Sequence record: DRR723986_7414
Length of the DNA stretch: 46,509 nucleotides
Direction: 5' to 3' (one strand)
Shown here: positions 1 to 9,957 of the stretch, in pieces
Position numbering within the stretch: position 1 is the first letter of the stretch
Layout: each line of letters starts with the position of its first letter
Translations under genes and position numbers: made by a program
Notes under the pieces: model-generated
Databases searched by the model: none
What the model was told of the DNA's origin: nothing
The model's input: only the letters and a program-made list of their open reading frames with translations

Positions 1-30
1 AACCGGTACTCCAGTCACGTGAAGAAGCGG
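1..30. repeat. Terminal direct repeat (assembly overlap), identical to 46480-46509
   Basis: AACCGGTACTCCAGTCACGTGAAGAAGCGG occurs at both ends; implies a 46,479 bp circle. Confidence 0.95.
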
Positions 31-89
31 TAAAAAAATGGGAAGAGGAACAAACCTCCTCTCTGGTAGGTAGTGGCTCCAACTCCAAA

Positions 90-1160
90 ATGGTGGGAAT
101 TGGCCTGATCGCCCTAACTGTGATGGCATTGGGAGTGGCGTGGCATGTAAAAAACTCTCCCGACCAGGTAGATCCCTCTGCCATCCCGCCAAAAGAAGTG
201 GACATCGCTGAACGGAAACCTGTTGAGAAGCTACCCGAGGAGACTGCACCACCCGCTTCACCTCCTCCCACGGAAACACCTGCTCAAGCCGTTAATCAAC
301 AAGCGGAACAAGCTAGGATGCAAAAGGCGGAGCAAGAGCGCCGAATGCTTGAAGCTAGGCTTAAATCATCACTTCTCGCGCAAGGCTCTAATACACCCTC
401 AAGCAACAGCGCACCGCTAAACGGCCCGTCCCAGAACGTGCCCGCATCCATCTTTGGATCTACTCCCGAAAAAGGTGCCCAAGATGCGAATTCGAAGTTC
501 GCACGCTCAGTTTCTGGTCAAGGTATTCCCAGCAGTCAAGCTCGCCAAATTGCCAACCTCGAAAACAAAATTCTACAGGGCAAACTAATCGAAGCGGTTC
601 TGGAACCTCGCGCCATTTCGGATCTTCCTGGCATGGTTTGCGCAGTAGTTCAACGGGATGTTTACGCTCACAAAGGTAGAAACAAACTTATACCCTGGGG
701 CTCAAAGGTATGTGGCGTCTACAGTGGGGACTTGCGCAAAGGCCAAGAGCGTCTGTTTATTGTCTGGAATACCCTTCGGAGACCCGATGGCATTGAAGTG
801 ACTCTAGACAGCGTGGGTGCCGATCAACTTGGCTCTGTCGGACTGGGTGGTCAAGTCGATACCCACTTTGCAGAGATATTCGGTATGTCCGCCCTCCTCT
901 CAATTATTGGTGCAGGTGCATCAACCACGGGAGTACAGTCGAACGACCAACAAAACAGCGAGTCCTACTATCGTCAATCCGTTCAACAAGCAGCTGCGCA
1001 AACAGCTCAACAAGTATTGCAGCCTTACATCAATATTCCACCCACGGTGACTGTCCCAGCGGGCTCGAAGGTGCGCATCTACGTCAACCGCGATCTGGAT
1101 TTTTCTGCGGTCAACGAAGAACAGACTAGCCAAGCTAGTCAGTCCAACTTCATTTTTTAA
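90..1160 (+). CDS. virB10: T4SS core protein VirB10/TrbI; true start is ATG 46470, wrapping through the join
   Basis: N-terminal TM, Pro-rich linker, C-terminal SDLPG...VYA...LIPWGSK...RLFIVW...D.LG..G..G.VDTHF...IPPTV motifs; follows virB9. Confidence 0.95.
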   Translation: MVGIGLIALTVMALGVAWHVKNSPDQVDPSAIPPKEVDIAERKPVEKLPEETAPPASPPPTETPAQAVNQQAEQARMQKAEQERRMLEARLKSSLLAQGSNTPSSNSAPLNGPSQNVPASIFGSTPEKGAQDANSKFARSVSGQGIPSSQARQIANLENKILQGKLIEAVLEPRAISDLPGMVCAVVQRDVYAHKGRNKLIPWGSKVCGVYSGDLRKGQERLFIVWNTLRRPDGIEVTLDSVGADQLGSVGLGGQVDTHFAEIFGMSALLSIIGAGASTTGVQSNDQQNSESYYRQSVQQAAAQTAQQVLQPYINIPPTVTVPAGSKVRIYVNRDLDFSAVNEEQTSQASQSNFIF

Positions 1161-1163
1161 CAA

Positions 1164-2189
1164 ATGTCTCAAATTGCATCGTTTCGGGCCAAATTGGCCC
1201 CTTTGACTCAGTATCTCGATGATTCATCCATCACGGAAATCGCAATCAATAGACCTGGCGAAGTGTGGCTCGGAAAGCAGGGAAACCGCTTTATGCAATC
1301 CGTACCAATACCTGAGTTGACGTTTGGTCTATTAGATTCTTTGGGTGATGTAATCGCCTCTTACAGCGCACAGGAGGCATCCCGACAGCAACCCCTTCTC
1401 TCCGCCACAATCCCGATTAACTTAGGGGAAAACATCCCAGTCGCCGAACGTGGTGGGTTTCGGGTTCAAGTAATCAAGGCCCCTGTGGTGGAAGAAGGAA
1501 CTGTCGCAATCTGTATTCGAAAGCCTACCCTGCTGGACCTTTCGCTGGATGACTACTTAGCAAAAGGGGCTTTCACCAATGTAAATTACCAATCAGAAAA
1601 CAATCGCAATTCGGGCGAGAAACTGACCAGTCTTTTCAATCAGAAGGCTTGGCCCGAGTTCCTGAAACATGCGGTCAGATCGCATAAAAACATTGTGATC
1701 TCAGCTGGTACCAACACAGGCAAAACCACCCTACTCAATGCGCTTTTGAAGGAAATAGCGCTAGAGGAACGAGTGGTCACCATTGAAGACTCTCGAGAAA
1801 TTCGACCCCTCCAGTCCAACCGACTTCACCTAATTTACTCCAGGGGCGGTCAAGGTGAGGCACAAGTGACAGCCGTTGATCTACTTGAGGCCGCACTTCG
1901 TCTCACACCAGATCGGGCAATCATGGGCGAACTTAGAGGTGCAGAGGCCTATTCCTATCTTGAGTTGTTGAATTCTGGCCACACAGGCTCTATCACTACA
2001 ATCCACGCGGACAGCCCCAAGCTCATGTTTGATCGACTGGCCCAGATGGTCATGCGGTTTGGATCAACCATGACCAAAGAGCAAATTGTTGACTACGCCA
2101 AATCGTTAATCGACGTGGTCGTCCAACTTAAACGGGGTCCAGATGGGCACCGCTATATCTCTGAGATCCAATATGAAAACCGCAATTAA
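1164..2189 (+). CDS. virB11: T4SS ATPase VirB11
   Basis: ITEIAINRPGEVW, Walker A AGTNTGKTT, TIEDSRE, LRLTPDRAIMGELRG, SGHTGSITTIHA. Confidence 0.96.
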   Translation: MSQIASFRAKLAPLTQYLDDSSITEIAINRPGEVWLGKQGNRFMQSVPIPELTFGLLDSLGDVIASYSAQEASRQQPLLSATIPINLGENIPVAERGGFRVQVIKAPVVEEGTVAICIRKPTLLDLSLDDYLAKGAFTNVNYQSENNRNSGEKLTSLFNQKAWPEFLKHAVRSHKNIVISAGTNTGKTTLLNALLKEIALEERVVTIEDSREIRPLQSNRLHLIYSRGGQGEAQVTAVDLLEAALRLTPDRAIMGELRGAEAYSYLELLNSGHTGSITTIHADSPKLMFDRLAQMVMRFGSTMTKEQIVDYAKSLIDVVVQLKRGPDGHRYISEIQYENRN

Positions 2190-2988
2190 GTTCATGCAAC
2201 TCTTCGTTGTGATTGGCAGTTATTTGGCGATGAGTCAAACCACATTTGCCAGTACCCTACCCGTTCCATTCGAAAAACTGGCCAAAGACTGCGCACCCGG
2301 TATTCATATCGACACGCTCAAAGCCCTGATCACCATCGAATCATCAGGCAATCCCTACGCAATCGGTGTTGTAAATGGAGTATTAGAGCGACAGCCAAGA
2401 AGTTTGCCAGAAGCAATTTCGACTGCGAAACGGCTCGACAAAGAAGGATTCAATTTCTCAATGGGCTTGAGCCAGGTGAATCGCTACAACCTGCCTAAGT
2501 ATGGAGAGACCTACGAATCGATTTTCGAGCCATGTAGAAATCTGAGAACAGGAGCTGCAATTCTGACTGATTGCTTCACCAGGGCTTCCCTCAAATTGAA
2601 AGATGATCAAGCTGCCTTGCGAGCGGCCTTAAGTTGCTATTACTCGGGGAACTTCAGTCGAGGCTTCCGACCTGATGCACCTGGCCAGCCAAGCTATGTT
2701 CAAAAAGTGGTTGACGCATCAATCAAGGGCCAACCGCCTCTGATTCCAAGAATAGATCCGAATGACACCAATGCAAAAGCTTTGTCTGTACGTCGATCAG
2801 AGCCAAGTCAAGCTGTGAAATCTAGCAACGATCCACCCACGCCCTGGGTCATTTTTAGTCAAAAGCAAGATAAGGGTATATCGGGGAATAAAGGCTCTGA
2901 GACGGGTTCTGATATGGTCGAAGTAAAGATCAAACAATCGAACCCAAAGAGCTCGCACGAAGTGCCTTTTGTACAATTCCTGGAGTGA
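2173..2988 (+). CDS. virB1: Lytic transglycosylase VirB1
   Basis: CAP...ESSGNPYAIG, SMGLSQVN, FEPCRNL..GA.IL, ALSCYYSGNF; signal peptide from ATG 2173. Confidence 0.92.
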   Translation: MKTAIKFMQLFVVIGSYLAMSQTTFASTLPVPFEKLAKDCAPGIHIDTLKALITIESSGNPYAIGVVNGVLERQPRSLPEAISTAKRLDKEGFNFSMGLSQVNRYNLPKYGETYESIFEPCRNLRTGAAILTDCFTRASLKLKDDQAALRAALSCYYSGNFSRGFRPDAPGQPSYVQKVVDASIKGQPPLIPRIDPNDTNAKALSVRRSEPSQAVKSSNDPPTPWVIFSQKQDKGISGNKGSETGSDMVEVKIKQSNPKSSHEVPFVQFLE

Positions 2989-3587
2989 ATCACATGAAAG
3001 TTGTCTCTAAAATCCTCAGCCTTACAATTTTAGGTGGCGCTGCTTTTATCGCGACCAGTCACTCAAGTGCACAACAAATCCTGGAAGGCGATACTCGATT
3101 GGCCTGCGAGGCGATACTGTGTCTGGCTTCTGGTACTCAACCCAGCGAATGCAGTCCATCAATCCAACGATACTTCTCGATTAGACATAAAAAGTTTTCC
3201 GACACGCTGAAAGCTCGTAATGGGTTTCTGAACTTATGCCCAGTCTCACAACAGACCCCACAAATGTCTGCATTGGTAAACTCGCTTGCCCATGGGGCTG
3301 GTAGATGTGATGCGAGTACCCTCAACACAGTGCTTCGACAATCATCAGGAGGAGAATTCGAGCGAGTCACGATCTCCAATCAAATGCCTGGCTATTGTTT
3401 AGTCTATTTCAAGCACGAATACACCAACTTCCAGACCGCAGATGTAATTCCAAAATATGTCGGCATTCCACAGCGAGGTGGATTTTGGGTTGAGAGTGCG
3501 AATTTCGATCTGGCAATGGCACAATATAAACAAAAGATTCAGGCTGAAGACGAAGCTCGACGCCAAGCTGATATACAAGGTGGTTAA
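2985..3587 (+). CDS. TrbM/KikA family protein
   Basis: Signal peptide then LACEAILCLASG...ECSPSIQRYFSI...DTLKAR..FLNLCP, typical of TrbM. Confidence 0.8.
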   Translation: MNHMKVVSKILSLTILGGAAFIATSHSSAQQILEGDTRLACEAILCLASGTQPSECSPSIQRYFSIRHKKFSDTLKARNGFLNLCPVSQQTPQMSALVNSLAHGAGRCDASTLNTVLRQSSGGEFERVTISNQMPGYCLVYFKHEYTNFQTADVIPKYVGIPQRGGFWVESANFDLAMAQYKQKIQAEDEARRQADIQGG

Positions 3588-3760
3588 AGGATTTTTGGCA
3601 CCCCTACGTTAGAATATGCATTGTCGGTTACATGCGAGAGGTCCACGTCTCGACTGTCAGTGACCAATTTGTTTGAGATCTGTCGCAAGAGGATGCCTTA
3701 CGAGTGCCTAATCATCCCTTGGGAGACTTCTCGTCGTTGCCAGATCAACAGAGAGGGAAC

Positions 3761-5488
3761 ATGACACGCATACGTAGGCTGGAAATCCGAAATTTTCGCT
3801 CCATACAGTCATTCGACTGGACACCATCGAACGGCATTAACTGCTTAATCGGCCCAGGAGACAGTGGCAAATCAACCATCCTAGATGCCATCGACTTATG
3901 CCTTGGAGCTAGGAGAAGCGCACCTTTCTGCGACACGGACTTCTTCAGCTTGGACGTTAGCCAGACCATTGTGATTACGGTCACGCTCGGTGCATTACCT
4001 GACGCGCTTAAGAATCTCGATACCTACGGAGAGTTCCTTCGCGGATTTAACTTAGGTACCGGGAAGATTGAAGACGAGCCACGCACGGGCTTGGAAACGG
4101 CCCTCACGCTGAAGCTAGAAGTCAAGAGCGATCTAGAGCCTAGTTGGACGCTTTATTCAGACCGCGCAGCACATCAACAACTGGAGCGGTCGTTGGCATG
4201 GAAGGACCGCAGTCTTTTGACACCAGCCCGAATCGGAACCTACGCAAATACGAACCTTTCTTGGGCTAGGGGCTCAGTGCTGAATCGGCTCACTGAAGAA
4301 CGCACGAACCTTGGCTCGGAGCTCGCTGATGCGGCACGTGCCGCCAGGACCACCTTTGGTGCGCAGGCTGGTCCTCAACTCGCCCAAACTTTGCAAGTAG
4401 TCACTCAGACAGCGAACAGCTTAGGCGTAGCAGTCGGCTCAAGCGCTCAGGCGCTGCTTGATTCTCACTCAGTATCGATTGGCGATGGTGCCATAGCACT
4501 TCACAGCGATAATGGTATCCCTCTGCGGTCGCTTGGCACTGGCTCGGGACGACTTCTTATTGCAGGTTTGCAAAGGGCAGCAGCAGCAGCGGCCACAGTT
4601 GCATTAATTGACGAGGTCGAATATGGACTTGAGCCACATCGACTCATGCGATTGCTAGACTCACTCGGTGCTAAGGACAAGGCCGAGCCGCTGCAGGTCT
4701 TCATGACAACACATTCGCCGGTGGCGATTAGGGAGCTCGCCGGTAACCAGCTTTTTGTCTTGCGCCAGGGTTGGGGCTCGCATACCGCGACATGCGCTGG
4801 TTCTGGCGTCCAAGGCACGCTTCGCAAGGCGCCTGAAGCCTTCCTATCCAAGTCAGTGATAGTCTGCGAAGGAGCTAGCGAAGTCGGATTCGCTCGCGGG
4901 ATGGACCAGTGGTGGGTTCACTGTGGCGCGACGTCGTTCCTTGCAAACGGAGGTTCATACGTGGACTCGGGCGGCGGGAGCCCCGATCAATGCTTCGAAC
5001 GAGGGGAGGCGTTACTCAATTTGGGCTATCGAGTCCTCGTCTTCGTTGACGCAGACAAGCCTGTTGTAACCGTTGGACTTGTGGAGAGATTCGTTGCGGC
5101 CGGCGGCCAGTACCTAACTTGGAGACCCGGCTTAGCGCTTGAGGATGAATTATTCCTTCATTCTAGCAATGACGCCGTGCATGCGCTGCTCAATAAGGCC
5201 GATGAGATAGTGGGCCGTGAACTCATGGCTGAGCACATCATGTCGAAGTCGAACGGTCAAGTCACCTTGGATGACATAGAAGCCGAACAACTAAATGGTG
5301 GTTACACACCCGCGAGCCGAGCATTACTAGGACTCGCAGCTCGCAACAACAAAAACGGCTGGTTCAAGTCAGTGGGCAGTTTCCAAGAAATCGCTAAAGA
5401 TATCGTCGGCCCTCACATAAAAGGTGCCGAACCGGGCTTCGTCGAAATCTTGAATGTGCTGTGGAGGTGGACGAGTGCCGCCACCTGA
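3761..5488 (+). CDS. gajA: OLD-family ABC ATPase/TOPRIM nuclease, Gabija GajA-like
   Basis: IRNFRSI, Walker A GPGDSGKST, Walker B LIDEVEYGLEPH, TTHSP, TOPRIM VCEGASE and DAD; RBS before ATG 3761; overlaps a UvrD gene. Confidence 0.85.
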   Translation: MTRIRRLEIRNFRSIQSFDWTPSNGINCLIGPGDSGKSTILDAIDLCLGARRSAPFCDTDFFSLDVSQTIVITVTLGALPDALKNLDTYGEFLRGFNLGTGKIEDEPRTGLETALTLKLEVKSDLEPSWTLYSDRAAHQQLERSLAWKDRSLLTPARIGTYANTNLSWARGSVLNRLTEERTNLGSELADAARAARTTFGAQAGPQLAQTLQVVTQTANSLGVAVGSSAQALLDSHSVSIGDGAIALHSDNGIPLRSLGTGSGRLLIAGLQRAAAAAATVALIDEVEYGLEPHRLMRLLDSLGAKDKAEPLQVFMTTHSPVAIRELAGNQLFVLRQGWGSHTATCAGSGVQGTLRKAPEAFLSKSVIVCEGASEVGFARGMDQWWVHCGATSFLANGGSYVDSGGGSPDQCFERGEALLNLGYRVLVFVDADKPVVTVGLVERFVAAGGQYLTWRPGLALEDELFLHSSNDAVHALLNKADEIVGRELMAEHIMSKSNGQVTLDDIEAEQLNGGYTPASRALLGLAARNNKNGWFKSVGSFQEIAKDIVGPHIKGAEPGFVEILNVLWRWTSAAT

Positions 5489-6899
5489 AATCGACATCTT
5501 TCAGGCACGCCTAGGCTCCGTTACCGCCCCAGCTGGCTGCGGCAAGACCCAGCTCATTGCGGATGCGATCAGCCAGCATATTGACACTAAGCCAGTCTTG
5601 GTGCTGACTCACACCAACGCTGGAGTCACTGCTCTACGCGCCAGGCTTCAACGCAGCAGCGTCCCCAGTTCGGCATACAGGGTGTCCACCATCGACGGTT
5701 TCGCGATGCGGCTAGCAACCAAGTTTCCGCTTCGCGTAGGCCTTAATGCGCGTGTACTCGAGTTGTCCAACCCGAACATCGACTACCCAGCGATTCGAGG
5801 CGCCGTACAACAACTTCTACAGGCAGGTCACATTGTTGATCTCATTGCCTCAACTTACTCGCGCTTGCTTGTGGACGAGTATCAGGACTGCAATATTACG
5901 CAGCACGCCATCGTCTGCTCCATTGCTCAGACACTCCCTACTTGCATTCTTGGTGACCCGATGCAGGCAATATTTGGATTCCGGGAACCACTGGTTCACT
6001 GGGAGGACCAAGTACAGGTAGCGTTCCCGCCCATCGGCACACTACAGACTCCTTGGCGATGGCGCATTGTCGGCATGGATGTCCTTGGCTCGTGGCTACT
6101 TCAAGCCCGCGCATTGTTGCAAGCCGGCCAATCTATAGACCTTCGTGGAGCACCTGAGGAAGTCGAATGGATTCAACTGACGCAAGGCATGGAACTGCAA
6201 CAACGGCTAGTCGCCGCCCGGACAGCAGCGCCCAACCCTGACGGCCGCGTGCTTGTTATTGGCGACTCTATCAATGTGAATTCACGGCATCAAATCACTA
6301 TGCAAACGCCGGGGGCCACGTCCGTCGAAACAGTCGACCTAAGAGACTTAGTGAACTTCGCCCGCCAGTTCGATGTAACAAGTCCCGACGCGCTGCGTCA
6401 GCTTGCAGAGTTCGCGACCTCACTAATGACAGGTGTTGGAACCTCAAACTTACTTGCAAGGGTCGAAACGATACGAAGGGGCAGAGCCCGTACGCCCGCT
6501 ACACCTGCAGAAGCCGCAGCCGTAGCGTTTATATCAGCACCAAGTCACACGACCTCGATTAACCTGCTCCAGACCCTTGCAGACCAATATGGTGCACGCG
6601 TCTATCGACCAGAACTGCTGTACTGCTGTATCTCGGCGCTGAGAGCAACAGAGAGCGAAGGTGGATTTCTCGGCGCAGCAGTCCAAGCCCGCGAGCGAAA
6701 TCGCAATTTTGGGAGGCCGCTGGGACGTCGCGCCGTCGGTAGCACGCTGCTTCTGAAAGGACTGGAGGCTGATGTCGCGGTCATTCTTGAACCCGAACGG
6801 ATGACTGCGCAGCATCTCTACGTTGCCCTCACAAGAGGTGCAAGGCGCGTTGTGGTCTGCTCATCGACGCCTTTTCTAATACCCTCCACGGGCCGCTAA
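5475..6899 (+). CDS. gajB: UvrD-like SF1 helicase, Gabija GajB-like
   Basis: APAGCGKT, LTHTNAG, VDEYQD, GDPMQAIFGF, KGLEAD, YVALTRG; GGAGG before GTG 5475. Confidence 0.85.
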   Translation: MPPPEIDIFQARLGSVTAPAGCGKTQLIADAISQHIDTKPVLVLTHTNAGVTALRARLQRSSVPSSAYRVSTIDGFAMRLATKFPLRVGLNARVLELSNPNIDYPAIRGAVQQLLQAGHIVDLIASTYSRLLVDEYQDCNITQHAIVCSIAQTLPTCILGDPMQAIFGFREPLVHWEDQVQVAFPPIGTLQTPWRWRIVGMDVLGSWLLQARALLQAGQSIDLRGAPEEVEWIQLTQGMELQQRLVAARTAAPNPDGRVLVIGDSINVNSRHQITMQTPGATSVETVDLRDLVNFARQFDVTSPDALRQLAEFATSLMTGVGTSNLLARVETIRRGRARTPATPAEAAAVAFISAPSHTTSINLLQTLADQYGARVYRPELLYCCISALRATESEGGFLGAAVQARERNRNFGRPLGRRAVGSTLLLKGLEADVAVILEPERMTAQHLYVALTRGARRVVVCSSTPFLIPSTGR

Positions 6900-6995
6900 T
6901 GATCGCTGATTCAACAACAAAGCCATCCTCTTAATTTTGTGAAAAAGCCATTTTCGAACTTCGTGGACTTAAAATTGTACGTGCGCTATCGGACA

Positions 6996-7011
6996 AGGAG
7001 CTTCGGCTCCT
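6996..7011. terminator. Short hairpin between convergent gajB and relaxase genes
   Basis: AGGAGC-TTCG-GCTCCT; no clear U-tract. Confidence 0.35.
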
Positions 7012-7113
7012 GCAGCTCAGCGGTAGTTAGCGGAAAATCGCTGCAGCATCTATCAAAACAAGCTGTAGAGAAATTCTGCTAGTAATTGGCTCCAGATTGT
7101 CAGCGATTACAAA

Positions 7114-9957
7114 TCAATTGCGCCTACCAAGTTTAATACCAGATTTTTTGCCCCTTTCTAACTCACGTTTCGAAGCTTCCACTGCATTACCTAGCTTTGT
7201 TCTCAAGTCCAATGCAGCCGTTTTGCTGTACTTTCGTGAAATTGCGTTCGGCAGTTGATCTTTGGAATCTGTATAAATTTTCGATTCGTACTGAGGTCGG
7301 CTGATCGCAACATAGTAAAGATTTAAAGAAGTAGTTTTGCTCTTGGTCTCCATGCAGATGATAGATCGCTGCGAAGTAAGCCCTTGGGACGAATGCACGG
7401 TGCTTGAATACGCATGCTCCAGATGAAGCGGCTTATTGGCAAGCAGTTCGACTGTTTTCCCAGAATCAATAGCCTCCAGTCGGACCACGCCACCATGGAT
7501 ACCTTCCACAAGCATTCGGTCACCGTTAGTAAGGTCTAAAGAAGGATTGTTTCTGTTGACTCTTATCTGATCACCAACGGTTAACTCCTGCTTTTCCAAA
7601 CGGTAAACACTCAGCTGCGTCACCTTCCGTGGGTTTAGGCTAAATAACGTATTGTTCGAATCTTTGACGATTAAAATATTGCCAGGTAGCTTGTCAGCAA
7701 CTCGATAGGTCTCTCCTCTTACAAGTCCTAATTGCTTGTAATCCTTCTCTGGCTGAATAACCATATCCACTTCGTAGCTGGGCGCAAATCGACGCTGCGC
7801 CTGGGTCAAATCAACACGAGCCAAGGTTTCGAATTCTCGGCCTTGACCCTTTAAACCCATTCCTTCCCGAATCAGATCGTTGATCTCTCGTCTTGAATCG
7901 TTCTTACCGGTGATGATCAAGGTGTTACAACGCTCGATTTCTGACAAAGCCAGATAATCGGACACCAATATTTTGTGGCGACTCAACGCATTGGGAATCT
8001 CAATCACTTCCTTGATATGTCTCAGGGAGTTTGCAGCTTCACCGTCTGCAGCCAGTTCAACGGCTCGTCTCAATTCCTGATCTTTTTGGCGTTGAATTTC
8101 TTGAATGCGTGCTGTCTTCATGCCTGCCGTTTGTAGCTGCGCAAATGGACGTCCCGCTTCAATGGCTTCAGTTTGTTTTGTATCGCCAATCAGCACCAAT
8201 CGTGCATCTGCTTTTTCAACAATTCGCATCAAACGTTCCATCTGACGACTTCCTACAACACCCGCCTCGTCCAGTAAAACAAGGGTATGTCGATCGATCG
8301 GCCTGTCCTTGGTTTTCAAAAAACTGGCTAGGGTGTGCGCGTCGAGTCCTTCTGACTTCAATGCTTTAACCTGGTTGCCATACGGTGCAAGTGCCAGAGT
8401 TTTGATTGGTGCATCGGAATTCCCTTCTGTTTTGAGCAATTCCACAGCTTGATTGATCGTGAACGTCTTGCCGGTACCCGCATCACCCTGAATCCCAACA
8501 AACCGATTTTCAGAGCCTACGATCAGACGAACAGCGTCCTTTTGTCCTTCATTGGCCTGAGAATCCACCAAACGGGCCTCCAGTGCCACGAATGGAACCA
8601 AGGGCAGTACTACTCCCCTACCCTGCTTCTCAATCGCCAGGATCGCTCTCTCGCGCTTGAGTGCGGCATGGGTGGTGTACCGCTTTTCAGCTTCAACCAA
8701 AGAGCCCTTCTTGATCGCCTGATCCACGTATAAGCGTCCTTGTCGATCACTCCAGCCCTTGTGTTCTCGCAAATAATGTCGCCACCCAGCCTTACTCAAT
8801 GCTGGGCCATGCTTTTTGCTAGACAACTTGTAGGCTGGTTCCGATTCAATCAAAGCGCCTGTTTTTACGAGTTCACGCACTTCTGCTCGAACAACCTCAG
8901 CCGTTGCAACGCCCACAGCCCGCCTGAGAGCAGTCGAGATGAGTTGGGTGTGAGTTACGACTGATTCACGTTCAGTCAGGTGATTCATCGCGTAGCGCAC
9001 CACGGCCTGAGCTGGGGTCATGGAGGCTGGAAGGCTGAGATGATCGAGTGACTTTTCGTTCACGCCCAATTCAAGGCCTTTATTCGAATATTGAATGCCC
9101 AAATCCTGGCTTTTCTTCAACCAATATTGTTTAACAACAGCGCGGTCTGATTCATCCTTGCGTGGCCGAGTGGCCAAGGCAATCACCTGTTTTTCGAGTG
9201 TGGATGCGTTTTCCCTTGTTTTACCCTGATTGGCCAGAGCCTCCTCGATCACCTGACTGCGGGCTGAAAACGCCACAATTTGATCTCGAGAAATATGACC
9301 CAGTTCAAAATTGCCTTTGTCGTCGGCCAAACGAATGCTGTACCCCAATTCTTGTAAGCCACGTGCCAACTCGGATTTGTAGATGGCATCGATTTCATGC
9401 TGGACTTTGAAGATGTCTTCATTCGCAATAGCTCGCCATTTGCCATCCGATCTTTGAGTCATATTCATGACGACAGCGTGGGTGTGTAATTGCGGATCTT
9501 TGGCTCGACTCATTTCATGCCGAAATTTACCAATCACCAAATTGCCAGTTCGTTCTCTGCTTGTTTTGCCGTCGATCTTCCGTCGAGCCTCAGCCAATTT
9601 TTCGACTTGTTCCAATGCCGATTCAACCGCCTTGTCATGGGCAAGCACCACTGCTTTGTCTCCTCCTACCAAGGCCTGCATCGACACAGACTTCGGTGCG
9701 GAAAAAGTGAGGTCAAGCCCCATACGCTTTTTGGAATCCTCCCCAAAACTCGCTTGGATCTGATCACCATTTGGAAGCTTTCCATCCAGCAATCTTGAGA
9801 GTTGCGCCTGATCGACTGGCCCCACCAATCCAAGTTCGTCAGCCCCACTGCCCTGCCATTCCCCTGGGTGTTCTTTGGCGTAGTAATCGTCCGCAGCAGA
9901 AAAGTAGTGGGCAGCGGCATACTGATTATTCCCGCGAATGGAGGTGACGTTGAGCAT
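7114..9957 (-). CDS. trwC: MOBF relaxase-helicase (TrwC/TraI)
   Basis: N-terminal Y..DDYY, DLTFSAPKSVS, HUH motif HEMSRAKDPQLHTHAVVMN, helicase QGDAGTGKT, LDEAG, YSSTVHSSQGLT. Confidence 0.97.
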   Translation of the reverse strand: MLNVTSIRGNNQYAAAHYFSAADDYYAKEHPGEWQGSGADELGLVGPVDQAQLSRLLDGKLPNGDQIQASFGEDSKKRMGLDLTFSAPKSVSMQALVGGDKAVVLAHDKAVESALEQVEKLAEARRKIDGKTSRERTGNLVIGKFRHEMSRAKDPQLHTHAVVMNMTQRSDGKWRAIANEDIFKVQHEIDAIYKSELARGLQELGYSIRLADDKGNFELGHISRDQIVAFSARSQVIEEALANQGKTRENASTLEKQVIALATRPRKDESDRAVVKQYWLKKSQDLGIQYSNKGLELGVNEKSLDHLSLPASMTPAQAVVRYAMNHLTERESVVTHTQLISTALRRAVGVATAEVVRAEVRELVKTGALIESEPAYKLSSKKHGPALSKAGWRHYLREHKGWSDRQGRLYVDQAIKKGSLVEAEKRYTTHAALKRERAILAIEKQGRGVVLPLVPFVALEARLVDSQANEGQKDAVRLIVGSENRFVGIQGDAGTGKTFTINQAVELLKTEGNSDAPIKTLALAPYGNQVKALKSEGLDAHTLASFLKTKDRPIDRHTLVLLDEAGVVGSRQMERLMRIVEKADARLVLIGDTKQTEAIEAGRPFAQLQTAGMKTARIQEIQRQKDQELRRAVELAADGEAANSLRHIKEVIEIPNALSRHKILVSDYLALSEIERCNTLIITGKNDSRREINDLIREGMGLKGQGREFETLARVDLTQAQRRFAPSYEVDMVIQPEKDYKQLGLVRGETYRVADKLPGNILIVKDSNNTLFSLNPRKVTQLSVYRLEKQELTVGDQIRVNRNNPSLDLTNGDRMLVEGIHGGVVRLEAIDSGKTVELLANKPLHLEHAYSSTVHSSQGLTSQRSIICMETKSKTTSLNLYYVAISRPQYESKIYTDSKDQLPNAISRKYSKTAALDLRTKLGNAVEASKRELERGKKSGIKLGRRN

